57,339 nucleotides of DNA from an uncultured Gemmatimonadales bacterium (GCA_964386505.1 CAYLSM010000001.1:1-57339); one strand, 5' to 3'. Positions 37,739 to 46,986 are shown, counted from the first letter of the stretch. Numbers and translations: made by a program. The notes: a model not told the origin generated them from the letters alone.

Positions 37739-40700
37739 TCAAAGCGAGTGAGACACACCGGCCTCCAGGCTTGACGCCACCGACTCCAGGAACCGGTCAG
37801 GCTGCGCGGCCATGAACCCCAGCGCAACATTGATCTGGGCGAAGGCTTTCTGCTTCGACTGCGGCTGGATCACTATCGAGACCGGGTCCAGGCTCAGCAC
37901 CTCTTTCTGGCCGCTCACGCTCTCCAGGGCCCGGCAGACCGGATTCAGCCGCACCCGCGCCTGGCGCGAGAAATCCAGCTTGCACAGGCCGTCCGAGATG
38001 TACACGCTCGCCAGGCCCAGGCGGGCGGCGAAAATGCGCAGGCGCATCTTCTCCAGCAGACTGCGCACCTCCTCGGGCAGCGCGCCGAAACGGTCCTCCA
38101 ATTCACGGGCCACCTCATCCAGCAGGCCCGGGTCCTCGCTGGAGGCGATCTTGCGGTAGAGGGCCAGTTTCTGTTTCTGGTCCGGCACGTACTCGTCCGG
38201 CAGGTAGGCCGGCAGGTCCAAGTTCACCTTGACCGACATCGCCTCCACCCGCTGGCCGCTGTTCTCCAGCTTGGCGATCGCGTCCTTGAGCAGCTTGAGG
38301 TATGTGTCGAACCCCACGGCGGTGATGAACCCGTGCTGCTGGCTGCCCAGGAGATTGCCGGTGCCGCGCATCTCCAGGTCGCGCAGGGCGATCTCGTAGC
38401 CGCTGCCCAGCTCGGTGTACTCCTCCAGCACGCGCAGGCGCTTGACCGCGTCATCGGTCAGCATACGCTGGGGCGGCACCAGAAGGTAGGCGTAGGCGCG
38501 GTGGAAACTCCGGCCCACCCGTCCGCGCAACTGGTAGAGCTGGGCCAGCCCGAAACAGTCGGCGCGGTTGACGATGATCGTGTTGGCGTTGGGGAAATCC
38601 AGCCCGTTCTCGATGATCATGGTCGAGAGAAGCACGTTCACCTCGCGGCGCTGGAAACGGCGCATGCTGCTCTCCAGCTCGCGCTCCGGCATCTGGCCGT
38701 GGGCAACCCCGATCCGGCACTCCGGCACCACGCGGTGCAGGAACTCGTGCATGGCGAAGATCGAACCGACCCGGTTGTGCACGAAAAACACCTGCCCGTC
38801 GCGGGCCAGCTCGCGGCGGATCGCCTCGGCGATCACCTCCTCGTCGAACCCGCAGACCCGGGTGTGGATGGGCAAACGGTCCTGGGGCGGAGTGGTGATC
38901 AGAGACAGGTCGCGTATGCCCATCAGGCTCATGTGCAGGGTGCGCGGGATGGGCGTGGCGGTCATGGTCAGGGTGTCCACCTCGTTGCGGATCTTTTTCA
39001 GCCGCTCCTTGTGCTTGACCCCGAAACGCTGCTCCTCGTCGATCACAAGCAGGCCCAGGTCGCTGAACTTGACATCCTGGCTGAGCAGGCGATGGGTGCC
39101 GATAAGGATATCCACCTCTCCCTTGCCCAGGCGCTTGACGATGTCTTTCTGTTCCTTTGGCCCCTTGAAACGGCTGAGGGTCTCCACCTGCACCGGAAAA
39201 TCGGCCAGACGCTCGCTGAACGTGATGTAGTGCTGCTGGGCCAGGACCGTGGTCGGAACCAGCACCGCCACCTGCTTGCCGTCCTGCACCGCTTTGAACG
39301 CCGCGCGCAGAGCGACTTCAGTCTTGCCGAAACCCACGTCGCCGCAGAGCAGACGGTCCATGCAGGCCTTCTTCTGCATATCCGTCTTGATTTCCTCGAT
39401 CGCCCGGAGCTGGTCGGGTGTTTCCTCGTAGACGAACGAGCGCTCCAGGTCGCGCTGCCAGTCGGTGTCCGGGCTGAACTCGAACCCGCCGCGCACCTTG
39501 CGCGTGGCGTAGACCTGTATCAACTCCTCGGTCATGTCCTGTATTGCCTTTACCGTGCGCGCCTTGACCCGCAGCCACTGCGTGCCGCCGATCTTGTGCA
39601 CAGTGGGCGGCTGGCCGTCTTCGGAGCTGTAGCGCTCCACCAGGCCAAGCTGGTCCATCGGCACGTACAGGAAATCGCCGTCCGCATACTCCAGCCACAG
39701 GCATTCCACCGTGGCGTTCTCGGTCGTGATCTTTTTCAGCCCGCGGAACTTGCCGATCCCGTAGTCGATATGCACCACGAAATCACCGGGCCGCAGGCTG
39801 GAGAAATTCTCGAGCGAGGGGGCGCGCTTGTAGTTGCGGCGGCCGCGCACGTGACGGAAACGGCGGAATATTTCGTGGTCAGTGTAGAGGACCAGCTCGC
39901 AGTCCGGATAGCTGAAACCGGTCTCCAGGCTGCCCAGGGCCAGAACGGCCAGCTCGGCGCTCTCGCCCAGCAGTTCCTCCAGACGCTCGAGCTGTCCGGA
40001 GGTGTCGCAGAGCAGCCAGTTCTGGCGCCCCCGCTCGTGCTCACGGCGAAGGTGGCCGCGCAGGCTGTCCAGGTTGCGGTCCACGGCCGGGGCCTCGCGC
40101 GTGTCGAACCGGATCGCCTCGCCCGGGCCCTCTTTCACGTGCAGGCTGCACAGGTCGGCGCGGCGGAACTGCTCCAGACGCGCACCCAACTCCTGCGGCG
40201 ACAGGTACAGCTCCTCCGGGGCGCGGAACAGGGCTCCCCGGCGCTCCACCGCCCGCTCGTGCAGCTCGTGCACCTCCTCCCAGAACTTCTCCGCCTCTTC
40301 CTGCACCTTGTCCCGCTCGTCGAACAGCACCAGGCTTCCCGGGGCCAGGTAGTCGAACAGATCGCCCAGGCGCGCGGAGCCAGCCTGGCCGCCGTTGCGC
40401 TTCCAGTCGAACGGCTCGGCCACGGGCAGAAGGCGCACGCGCTCCAGTTTCTCCACCGAGCGCTGGCTGGCGATCTCGAAACAGCGCAGGTCGGCCAGCT
40501 CATCCCCGAACAGCTCCAGACGCACCGGGTTTTCCATCTCGAAGCCGTAGATGTCCAGGATGCCGCCGCGCACGCTGAACGTGCCCACCTCCTCCACCAT
40601 GGCCTCGCGCTTGAACCCCAGCTCCACCAGACCGGCCAGAAGGCTCTCCAGATCCACGCTCTGACCCAGGCGCAGCGTAATCTCGCGGCTGTTGAAATCC

Positions 40701-41119
40701 CCCGGCGCCACCACGCGCTGGCAGAGCGCGCGCACCGGGATCACGGTCACTCCCGGGGTCAGGTGCATGAGCCGCGAGAGGGCCTCGATCCGAGGCCCCA
40801 CTATCCCCGGCTCCGGGCGCGAATCCTCGTAGGGCAGAACCTCCCACTGCGGGAACACGTTCACCTGTTCCTCTGGCAGGAAATTGAGCAGGTCCGCCTC
40901 GATTTTCTCCACCTGGCGCGCGCCGCGGGTCACGTAGAGCGTGGTCCCGGGACGGCGCGTTTGCAGCCCTGCGGCCACAAAGTTGCGGGCCGAGCCGTAC
41001 AGGTTGCCAAGACGCGCCTCGGCCGCAGTCTCATCCCCGCGGCCGTACAGGTGCTCCAGCGCTTTGGCAAACGCGCGCGAGCTGTCCAGCCGCTCCAGCA
41101 AGCTTTTCAGGTCCGCCAT
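37739..41119 (-). CDS. mfd: Transcription-repair coupling factor
   Basis: The 1126-aa protein has superfamily-2 helicase motifs LLCGDVGFGKTEV and LVIDEEQRFGV. The CarD-like block GDFVVHIDYGIGKF and the TRG region are present. Confidence 0.95.
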   Translation of the reverse strand: MADLKSLLERLDSSRAFAKALEHLYGRGDETAAEARLGNLYGSARNFVAAGLQTRRPGTTLYVTRGARQVEKIEADLLNFLPEEQVNVFPQWEVLPYEDSRPEPGIVGPRIEALSRLMHLTPGVTVIPVRALCQRVVAPGDFNSREITLRLGQSVDLESLLAGLVELGFKREAMVEEVGTFSVRGGILDIYGFEMENPVRLELFGDELADLRCFEIASQRSVEKLERVRLLPVAEPFDWKRNGGQAGSARLGDLFDYLAPGSLVLFDERDKVQEEAEKFWEEVHELHERAVERRGALFRAPEELYLSPQELGARLEQFRRADLCSLHVKEGPGEAIRFDTREAPAVDRNLDSLRGHLRREHERGRQNWLLCDTSGQLERLEELLGESAELAVLALGSLETGFSYPDCELVLYTDHEIFRRFRHVRGRRNYKRAPSLENFSSLRPGDFVVHIDYGIGKFRGLKKITTENATVECLWLEYADGDFLYVPMDQLGLVERYSSEDGQPPTVHKIGGTQWLRVKARTVKAIQDMTEELIQVYATRKVRGGFEFSPDTDWQRDLERSFVYEETPDQLRAIEEIKTDMQKKACMDRLLCGDVGFGKTEVALRAAFKAVQDGKQVAVLVPTTVLAQQHYITFSERLADFPVQVETLSRFKGPKEQKDIVKRLGKGEVDILIGTHRLLSQDVKFSDLGLLVIDEEQRFGVKHKERLKKIRNEVDTLTMTATPIPRTLHMSLMGIRDLSLITTPPQDRLPIHTRVCGFDEEVIAEAIRRELARDGQVFFVHNRVGSIFAMHEFLHRVVPECRIGVAHGQMPERELESSMRRFQRREVNVLLSTMIIENGLDFPNANTIIVNRADCFGLAQLYQLRGRVGRSFHRAYAYLLVPPQRMLTDDAVKRLRVLEEYTELGSGYEIALRDLEMRGTGNLLGSQQHGFITAVGFDTYLKLLKDAIAKLENSGQRVEAMSVKVNLDLPAYLPDEYVPDQKQKLALYRKIASSEDPGLLDEVARELEDRFGALPEEVRSLLEKMRLRIFAARLGLASVYISDGLCKLDFSRQARVRLNPVCRALESVSGQKEVLSLDPVSIVIQPQSKQKAFAQINVALGFMAAQPDRFLESVASSLEAGVSHSL

Positions 41120-41245
41120 CTTACTGCCTTCCCACTCTGTTTCAGCTTATACCCGTTGTCTTCCGCAGGGGCGTCCACATGGGGCCTCCCGGGCGTACTC
41201 GCGGGTGTGCTCCTGCAGCAGGCTGATTTCGTCGGAAACAACCCT

Positions 41246-41318
41246 CTGGCTTATGGTTCTCTTGGCAGTAACCAAGAGAACACCAATGCTTCTCGGGCAC
41301 GATGCTCCGTGCCGCTAC
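41246..41318. repeat. Second copy of the 72-nt double-hairpin REP-like module
   Basis: ctggcttatGGTTCTCTTGGcagtaaCCAAGAGAACaccaatgcttctcgGGCACGatgctcCGTGCCgctac aligns with 29014-29085. Both hairpins are retained, and the second has a changed loop. Confidence 0.8.
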
Positions 41319-41358
41319 ATTAAACACGGAACTCTTCATAGATGATGCAAAACCGCTT

Positions 41359-43467
41359 TCAGTCCTCTTTCCGGTTAGCCAGCACCTGCTCGGCGGCCAA
41401 AACGAGCAGGAACAGCCCGAGCAGCCAGGGCCAGAGTTCCACTCCGCCGCGCTCCGGGAAAACCGCCTCGGCCAGGTCGTCATCCGGGCCGATGAAGCGC
41501 ACCTCGCGCCCTGTGAAATAGCGCCGGATTTCCTCCCGGCTTTCCGTGCGGACATCGCTCTCGGCCGGGTCGATCCCGGCGGCGAACGCCCCGGCCAGGC
41601 GGCCGTTGTCGTAAATGCGGTACAGCCCCGGCTGACTCGCCCCGTCGAAATCCACCCGGCTTCGCTCACCCGGAGGCAGCATGAAACGGCTCTCGGCCGG
41701 GCCGTGAATCTCAAGTCCTGCCGTGTTGACCGGCGCGCCGAAAAACAGGCTCACGCTTTCGCCCACACGCACCTCGGGCTGCACCACCGGGCCGCGCCCG
41801 GCACAGAGCGTGAGCAGCGAATGCACCAGTGGCACGAAAAGCGGGGTCTCGGGAAGCTCGGTCTGGGATGGATCGGCCAGGTCCAGTCCGGCTGCAGCCA
41901 GAGCGAAGCCGCCCTGACGGACAAAACGGAGGAGGGGTTTCCCCCCAGCGCTTTTCAGGTCCCAGGCCCGGATTTCAGCGTCTGATACCTCCGGCTGAGC
42001 CAGGTTGCGCAGCGCGGTCAGCTTTATCCGCTCCAGGGCCGGCAGAGACTCGAACAGCGCACCGAACACCGCCCCTGACTCCTGGCCCGGAGCCGGTCGC
42101 GACGGCGTGTCGAAAGACCCGCCCTCCAGGCGTTCAAGTGCGCCGAGGCTCACCGGCAGGCCCATCCGCGCCGCGGCCTGGCTGAATCCCTGCGCCGCTC
42201 CATCCGCGGCCTGGTCCTGCCCGGACGGCAGCACAAGCACGCCCAGTCCGGCGCTCATGGCCCGGTCGAGAAATGCCCCCAGGGCTGCCTCCGGGTAAGC
42301 CACTCCGTGCAGGATAACCACATCCGAGCCTGTGAAGGCTGTCTGCGGCAGGGGCAGGCCAGCGGCCTCGTTCAATCTGATTGCCCCGGCATCGTCCAGC
42401 ACCTGAAGAGCCGCGCGCAGCCAGGGTCCGCCCGCTCCGCTCTCCACCAGGGTCACGCGCAGGCGCGGCGGCACGCTCAATAGGGTCGAGCGGTTGTTGT
42501 CCACCTCCAGGTTGTCGGCATCCAGACGGGCGGAAAGCTCGTAGGCGCCGGCCTCCTGGGGCGGCAGCTCCACTGTGGCCGCGGCGGCGTCATCCGGCTC
42601 CAGGCTCAGCTCGCCCTGGGCCACCAGACGGCCGTCCAGGTAAATCCTCGGCATGGCCTTGACCGTGCCCGTCCCCCCGTAACGCGCCACCGAGACGCGC
42701 ACCTTGAGCGGCGCGCCTGGGCGGACTATTTCGCCGGGCAGGGACAGCCCGGTCAGGGCCAGGTTCTCCGGCGCCCGGGAATGCGCCTCGACCACATACC
42801 AGCGGGTTATCCGCCCGGTAGTTTCCGAACCCAGGCTGTCTGGCCCCAGAAACCCGTGCTGGCAGTCGCTGAAAACGAACCCCTCGCGGGTCACGCTGCC
42901 GCGCTCGGCGGCCAGGGCGCGCTCCGCGGCGCGCACCGCCTCGCCCAGGCTCGCCGTGCCGTAGCCCGGGGCCAGGAGCGCCCCGCTTGGCCCCGGCCCG
43001 CCAGGGACCAACCATTGCACGTTCCGTGAGGCCTCCAGGCCTGACGGCGCAGTGACAAGGCAGTAGCGGTCCTGTCCGCCCAGCCAGGAGCGCACCCGCT
43101 CCATTCTGGCCGCCAGTCGGTCACTCACCGCGCCGTGCTCATCCACGTAGCCCTGGCTGGCCGAGTTGTCGAACACGAACGCCACGGCCGCGGGAAGATG
43201 CTCGGCCGGACCGGCCTTGAAAAACCCGCGCAGCACGGGGCGCGCGGGAACCAGCACCAGCAGGATTACCGCCAGGGTGCGCAGGATCAGCAGCAGCCAG
43301 CGCCGCATCCGAAGGCGACGCACGTTGCGCTGGGCCACCTCGGACAGCAGCAGAAGCGAGCTGAAATCGCGCCGCTCGGCCCGGAAACGGCTGAAAAAAT
43401 GGATGATAAAAGGGATCGCCCCTGCGGCCAGACCGAGCAGAACCAGCGGATTTAGAAACTGCAGCAC
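41359..43467 (-). CDS. BatA-type N-terminal double-TM / vWA-like membrane protein (paralogue of 2492-4717)
   Basis: The GTG at 43467 follows GAGGGGAG. VLQFLNPLVLLGLAAGAIPFIIHFF is the classic aerotolerance-regulator N-terminal domain. The MIDAS-like motif is VFDNSASQ. The C-terminal TM segment is LWPWLLGLFLLVLAAEQVL. Confidence 0.72.
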   Translation of the reverse strand: MLQFLNPLVLLGLAAGAIPFIIHFFSRFRAERRDFSSLLLLSEVAQRNVRRLRMRRWLLLILRTLAVILLVLVPARPVLRGFFKAGPAEHLPAAVAFVFDNSASQGYVDEHGAVSDRLAARMERVRSWLGGQDRYCLVTAPSGLEASRNVQWLVPGGPGPSGALLAPGYGTASLGEAVRAAERALAAERGSVTREGFVFSDCQHGFLGPDSLGSETTGRITRWYVVEAHSRAPENLALTGLSLPGEIVRPGAPLKVRVSVARYGGTGTVKAMPRIYLDGRLVAQGELSLEPDDAAAATVELPPQEAGAYELSARLDADNLEVDNNRSTLLSVPPRLRVTLVESGAGGPWLRAALQVLDDAGAIRLNEAAGLPLPQTAFTGSDVVILHGVAYPEAALGAFLDRAMSAGLGVLVLPSGQDQAADGAAQGFSQAAARMGLPVSLGALERLEGGSFDTPSRPAPGQESGAVFGALFESLPALERIKLTALRNLAQPEVSDAEIRAWDLKSAGGKPLLRFVRQGGFALAAAGLDLADPSQTELPETPLFVPLVHSLLTLCAGRGPVVQPEVRVGESVSLFFGAPVNTAGLEIHGPAESRFMLPPGERSRVDFDGASQPGLYRIYDNGRLAGAFAAGIDPAESDVRTESREEIRRYFTGREVRFIGPDDDLAEAVFPERGGVELWPWLLGLFLLVLAAEQVLANRKED

Positions 43468-43718
43468 GATTGCTCCCCTCTTGCACCCCGACGCAATAAG
43501 GCCGCGCGGCTCAATCGCCGCCACGGCTATCCAACGCGATTACCCCTCCCGACTCCGCTGTGGAAAGTCGCGAGGGGTCCCTCAGAAATCTGACACTGCC
43601 CTGCTCCCGGCCCAACCGCACGCCGGCGGGCAGTCTGCTGCCAGGCGCACCCGGCGGACCGCCTGTCCGGCTCACGAAAATTCACCACCGGAGGCTGCAC
43701 GAGGTTGCACGAAAATAC

Positions 43719-43749
43719 ATAAAAAAGCCCCGGTTGGCAATCCCGGAGC
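43719..43749 (-). terminator. Probable intrinsic terminator after the radical SAM gene
   Basis: On the minus strand, an imperfect stem GCTCCGG/CCGGGGC is followed by TTTTTTATG. Confidence 0.5.
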
Positions 43750-43779
43750 TTGTCTTTCTCAATTGCCGACCACGTCCGT

Positions 43780-45084
43780 TCAGCCAGCCAGGCCGGGCGG
43801 CACTGGGTAGACCTCGCCCGCGGCCTCCAGCTCGGCCTTCTTCTCATCGGTCAAGCCGATCTCCTCATCGCTCAGGTAGCAGGCCGGGTCCGGCCCGAAC
43901 GGGTCGTCGTAGACCCGCGCGGCCCGCACGCGCATCGCCCCGCCGCAGAGCGCGAAGTAGCGGCACAGACGGCAGCGCCCGCGGATACGCCCGGCCCGGT
44001 CTTTCAGCCCGGCCATCAGGGGGTCGGAGGTGTCGGTCCAGATCTCGGAGAATTTGCGCTCGCGCACGTTGCCGAACGTGTGGTCCATCCAGAACTGGTC
44101 CGGGTGGACATTGCCGAACCAGTCCACCTCGCCGATCCCCACGCCGGTGGAGAACATCCCGCCGCGGTTCCACTCCAGCAGCTTGCGCACGGCCTCGGCG
44201 CGCGGGCTGCCCTCGGCCTCCAGGCGCCGCAGCACGTAGATCCCGTCCACGTGGTTGTCCACGGTCAGGATGTTGACATTGAGGCCCCGAGAGTGGAAAT
44301 CGCGCGTGCGGCGCATGATTATCTCCATGGCGTCCCGGCTCTGGCTGTGCGACAGGTCGCTCTCGGCGATCCCGGCCCCGCGTCCCGAGTAGACCAGGTG
44401 GTAGAAACAGGCCCGGTTGATCCGCTCACGCTCGATGAAATCGAAAATGGCTTCCAGATCGTTGTAGTTGCTGCGGGTGAGGGTCAGGCGAAGGCCAACG
44501 CGCTGGCCCAGCTCCACCAGGTTTCGGAACCCCCGCATGGCCAGGTCGAAAGCGCCTTTCATGCCCCGGAAACAGTCGTTCACATCTCCGATCCCGTCCA
44601 GGCTGATTCCTACATAGGTAAACCCGGCCTCTTTCACTTTCCGGGCCGTTTTCTCGTCGATCAGGGTGCCGTTGGTCGAGAGCGTGGGACGAAGGCCTTG
44701 GTCCACGGCAAAGCGCACCAGCTCGAAAATGTCCCGCCGCACCAGCGGCTCGCCGCCCGAGAACAGCACGGCCGGAACCTTGAACCCGGCCAGGTCGGTC
44801 AGGAAAGCCTTGGCTTCCTCGGTGCTCAGCTCGCCCGAGTAGCGCTTGTTCTCACTGTCCGTGTAGCAGTGCACGCAGCGCAGGTTGCAGCGGCGCGTGC
44901 AGTTGAACACTACAACCGGACGGCGCTCGGCGGCGCTGGCCGGGGCGGTCTGCGGAACGCTGTGCTGCACCGCCGCCGCCGATCCATGCGGAGGCGGGCA
45001 GGACGGTGCAGCGGCGGCATGACCGTAGCGGATCGCGTCCCCGCTCGACTGCTCCCCGCACAACAGTTTCGTTATGTCTATCAT
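43780..45084 (-). CDS. Radical SAM/SPASM protein of the NirJ/AhbC/AhbD (heme-type tetrapyrrole maturation) subfamily
   Basis: The ATG at 45084 follows GGAGAG. The N-terminal LLCGEQSSGDAIRYG is followed by NCTRRCNLRCVHCY (CxxxCxxC). The C-terminal Cys-rich segment CRLCRYFALCGG is SPASM-like. The subfamily call is tentative. Confidence 0.75.
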   Translation of the reverse strand: MIDITKLLCGEQSSGDAIRYGHAAAAPSCPPPHGSAAAVQHSVPQTAPASAAERRPVVVFNCTRRCNLRCVHCYTDSENKRYSGELSTEEAKAFLTDLAGFKVPAVLFSGGEPLVRRDIFELVRFAVDQGLRPTLSTNGTLIDEKTARKVKEAGFTYVGISLDGIGDVNDCFRGMKGAFDLAMRGFRNLVELGQRVGLRLTLTRSNYNDLEAIFDFIERERINRACFYHLVYSGRGAGIAESDLSHSQSRDAMEIIMRRTRDFHSRGLNVNILTVDNHVDGIYVLRRLEAEGSPRAEAVRKLLEWNRGGMFSTGVGIGEVDWFGNVHPDQFWMDHTFGNVRERKFSEIWTDTSDPLMAGLKDRAGRIRGRCRLCRYFALCGGAMRVRAARVYDDPFGPDPACYLSDEEIGLTDEKKAELEAAGEVYPVPPGLAG

Positions 45085-45326
45085 CCGCTCTCCGCTGGAT
45101 TGAGGGCTTGACCGGAACGTCTCGTCATGTTGAAACGGCGGCCGGTCGGGAGATGTTGCGGCAAGACTTGCACTCGGTTGCAACGAATTGCTTCCGAAGC
45201 CCTCAGGCTATAGATTATACAAGAAGATATAGTCATGCATCAGGTCAATTTAGTCCCGGGCCGACAGCCTGTCAATCCAGGCCGCCGTCCGGCCGTGATT
45301 CAGCGAGAGCGGGGAGAACGTCAAGC

Positions 45327-45743
45327 ATGGAGAAAGTCAAGCGCTTCGGGATATCCATCGAATCCGACCTGGCGGACCGTTTCGACCACCATATCCTGGC
45401 CGAGGGCTACTCGAACCGCAGCGAGGCCCTGCGCGACCTGATGCGCGAGCACCTGGTGGCCGACCAGTGGAACCTGGACGGGACCGTGACCGTGGCCTCG
45501 CTCAGCCTGGTCTACAACCATCACCAGCGCGACCTGGGTGACACCCTGACCGATATCCAGCACGACCACCACGAGATAATCATATCCTCACTCCACGTCC
45601 ATATCGATCACGACAACTGCCTCGAGGTAATCATCCTCAAAGGCCCCAACACCGAGATCAAAAGCCTGTCCGACCGCCTTATGGCCACAAGGGGAGTCAA
45701 GCACGCGAAGCTGACCATGACTACCACCGGACGAGATATCTGA
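45327..45743 (+). CDS. nikR: Nickel-responsive transcriptional regulator NikR
   Basis: The ribbon-helix-helix N-terminus reads KRFGISIESDLADRFDHHILAEGYSNRSEALRDLMREHL. The C-terminal metal-site region is rich in His and Cys (HHQRD...IQHDHHEII...HVHIDHDNCLEV). Confidence 0.88.
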   Translation: MEKVKRFGISIESDLADRFDHHILAEGYSNRSEALRDLMREHLVADQWNLDGTVTVASLSLVYNHHQRDLGDTLTDIQHDHHEIIISSLHVHIDHDNCLEVIILKGPNTEIKSLSDRLMATRGVKHAKLTMTTTGRDI

Positions 45744-45803
45744 AAAGCGTGGCTCCACCCCGGACGGCATCCGCCACCTTCAGCATGGAAGGAGGAACGT
45801 CCA

Positions 45804-46109
45804 ATGATCAGCCGAATCTGGCACGGCTGGACCACCAACGCCAATGCGGACAAGTATGAGGCTCTGCTGAAAGAGGAAATCTTCGTCGGCATCCGTAACC
45901 GTCACATCTCCGGCTTCCGTGAAATCCGTCTCCTTCGCCGCAATCTGGCCGAGGAGACCGAGTTCGTCACGATCATGACTTTCGACTCCCTGTCCGCGGT
46001 GCGTGATTTCGCCGGTCGTGACTACGAAGCCGCCGTTGTCCCGAAAAGCGCGCGGCAGGTTCTTACCCGTTTCGATCAGCGTTCACAGCATTACGAGATA
46101 GTTGTCTGA
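45804..46109 (+). CDS. ABM-like (dimeric alpha/beta-barrel) small protein
   Basis: The 101-aa protein has a strong SD (GGAAGGAGG). The pattern WTTNANADKYEALL...FVTIMTFDSLSAVRDFAG resembles antibiotic-biosynthesis-monooxygenase-type domains. Confidence 0.5.
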   Translation: MISRIWHGWTTNANADKYEALLKEEIFVGIRNRHISGFREIRLLRRNLAEETEFVTIMTFDSLSAVRDFAGRDYEAAVVPKSARQVLTRFDQRSQHYEIVV

Positions 46110-46140
46110 GCCTCACTCCGACGCCGATCGCCTTTGATTA

Positions 46141-46180
46141 AAAAAGCCCGGACCCGGTACGATACCGGGTCCGGGCTTTG
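46141..46180. terminator. Bidirectional intrinsic terminator (serves the ABM-like gene and mini-ORF A)
   Basis: GCCCGGACCCGGTA (46146-46159) pairs with TACCGGGTCCGGGC (46163-46176). AAAAA lies upstream and TTT lies downstream. Confidence 0.8.
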
Positions 46181-46201
46181 ACATTCCTCTGCGAACACGC
46201 C

Positions 46202-46315
46202 TTAAAGCCCCAGCAGCCCGACCAGCAGAACCAGAGCCATGAAATAGGTCAGCATGCTTACCAGCACCCGGGCGAAAAACCCGGCCTTCTCGAACACACT
46301 CTCTTTGAAAAACAT
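46202..46315 (-). CDS. Mini-ORF A: 37-aa single-TM peptide (MFFKESVFEKAGFFARVLVSMLTYFMALVLLVGLLGL)
   Basis: Hand-translated and absent from the ORF track. The ATG lies 6 nt after GAGGAG. It has one hydrophobic span and its own terminator, and it shares the Y-F core with B, C and D. Confidence 0.55.
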   Translation of the reverse strand: MFFKESVFEKAGFFARVLVSMLTYFMALVLLVGLLGL

Positions 46316-46453
46316 CTCTCTCTCCTCGTTAAGTGCAACGCTCGCGTTTCCAATATGCAAGCCGGATACCCCGGCTGAACTCAGCCCTTAAACAGCGAGG
46401 CCGGCCGCCCTTCCCGGGCTGCCGGCCTCGCTCTGTCCGTTGATCGCTTTCTG

Positions 46454-46561
46454 TCAGAGCCCGGTCAGCGGACTCAGCAGAAAACTCAGCAGGAAGAAGT
46501 AAGACAGGTACAGCCCGAGAAACCTGGCGGAAGTCATCAGATAATCGATACGTTCAGTCAT
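46454..46561 (-). CDS. Mini-ORF B: 35-aa single-TM peptide (MTERIDYLMTSARFLGLYLSYFFLLSFLLSPLTGL)
   Basis: Hand-translated. The ATG lies 7 nt after GGGGGG. It is followed by the stem-loop CAGCGAGGCCGGC/GCCGGCCTCGCT (46393-46435). Confidence 0.55.
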   Translation of the reverse strand: MTERIDYLMTSARFLGLYLSYFFLLSFLLSPLTGL

Positions 46562-46739
46562 CTTTACACCCCCCGTGATTAAAAACTCTCGTCCCTAATC
46601 GGCATCGCCGCTCCGGCCCTCTTTTATTGCTTCTCATTATCAATCTCCACATACGACTGTCCTTTCCTTTTCCGTTCCATCCGACCCGCCCCCTGCGGAT
46701 CGATACTGTTAAAACACCATTGTTTACTTTTTGTTCCAT
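46554..46739 (-). CDS. Possible 61-aa basic leader ORF whose stop overlaps the start of mini-ORF B (ATGACTGA)
   Basis: The sequence is MEQKVNNGVLTVSIRRGRVGWNGKGKDSRMWRLIMRSNKRGPERRCRLGTRVFNHGGCKDD. The frame stays open in a comparatively AT-rich stretch, but there is no clear SD and no recognisable family. Confidence 0.2.
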   Translation of the reverse strand: MEQKVNNGVLTVSIRRGRVGWNGKGKDSRMWRLIMRSNKRGPERRCRLGTRVFNHGGCKDD

Positions 46740-46848
46740 TTTTCTTGCAAAAAAAACAGACCCCGACTTCAGATATTTTCTGGACGCCGGGAGGCCGCAC
46801 CCGCTTGTTTCGGCTGCGGCCCCACAGGCGTCCCTCGTATTTTTTCTC

Positions 46849-46986
46849 TCATATCAGCTTTCCGCCAGAGACCGAGAGCATCACCCAGGCGAAATCGATC
46901 ATCGCAAAATACAGCGCCGCCGAGATTGCGGCTCCGGCCCAGGCGTAAGAGGGGCCGTCATTCTTATCACTGCGGATGGTTTTCAT
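46849..46986 (-). CDS. Mini-ORF C: 45-aa single-TM peptide (MKTIRSDKNDGPSYAWAGAAISAALYFAMIDFAWVMLSVSGGKLI)
   Basis: Hand-translated. The ATG lies 5 nt after GGGAG. Downstream lie the stem GCCGCACCCG/CGGCTGCGGC (46794-46820) and a T8 run (46748-46757 on the minus strand). Confidence 0.55.
   Translation of the reverse strand: MKTIRSDKNDGPSYAWAGAAISAALYFAMIDFAWVMLSVSGGKLI

Noticed and set aside
38333-41323. A 996-aa plus-strand ORF.
   Set aside because: It lies antisense to mfd and has no recognisable motifs. It is a shadow frame.
46316-46360. A sigma54-like promoter (TGGAAAcgcgagcgTTGCA on the minus strand) upstream of mini-ORF A.
   Set aside because: The GG-to-GC offset is 15 nt rather than the canonical 12 nt, and no enhancer-binding protein is encoded nearby.
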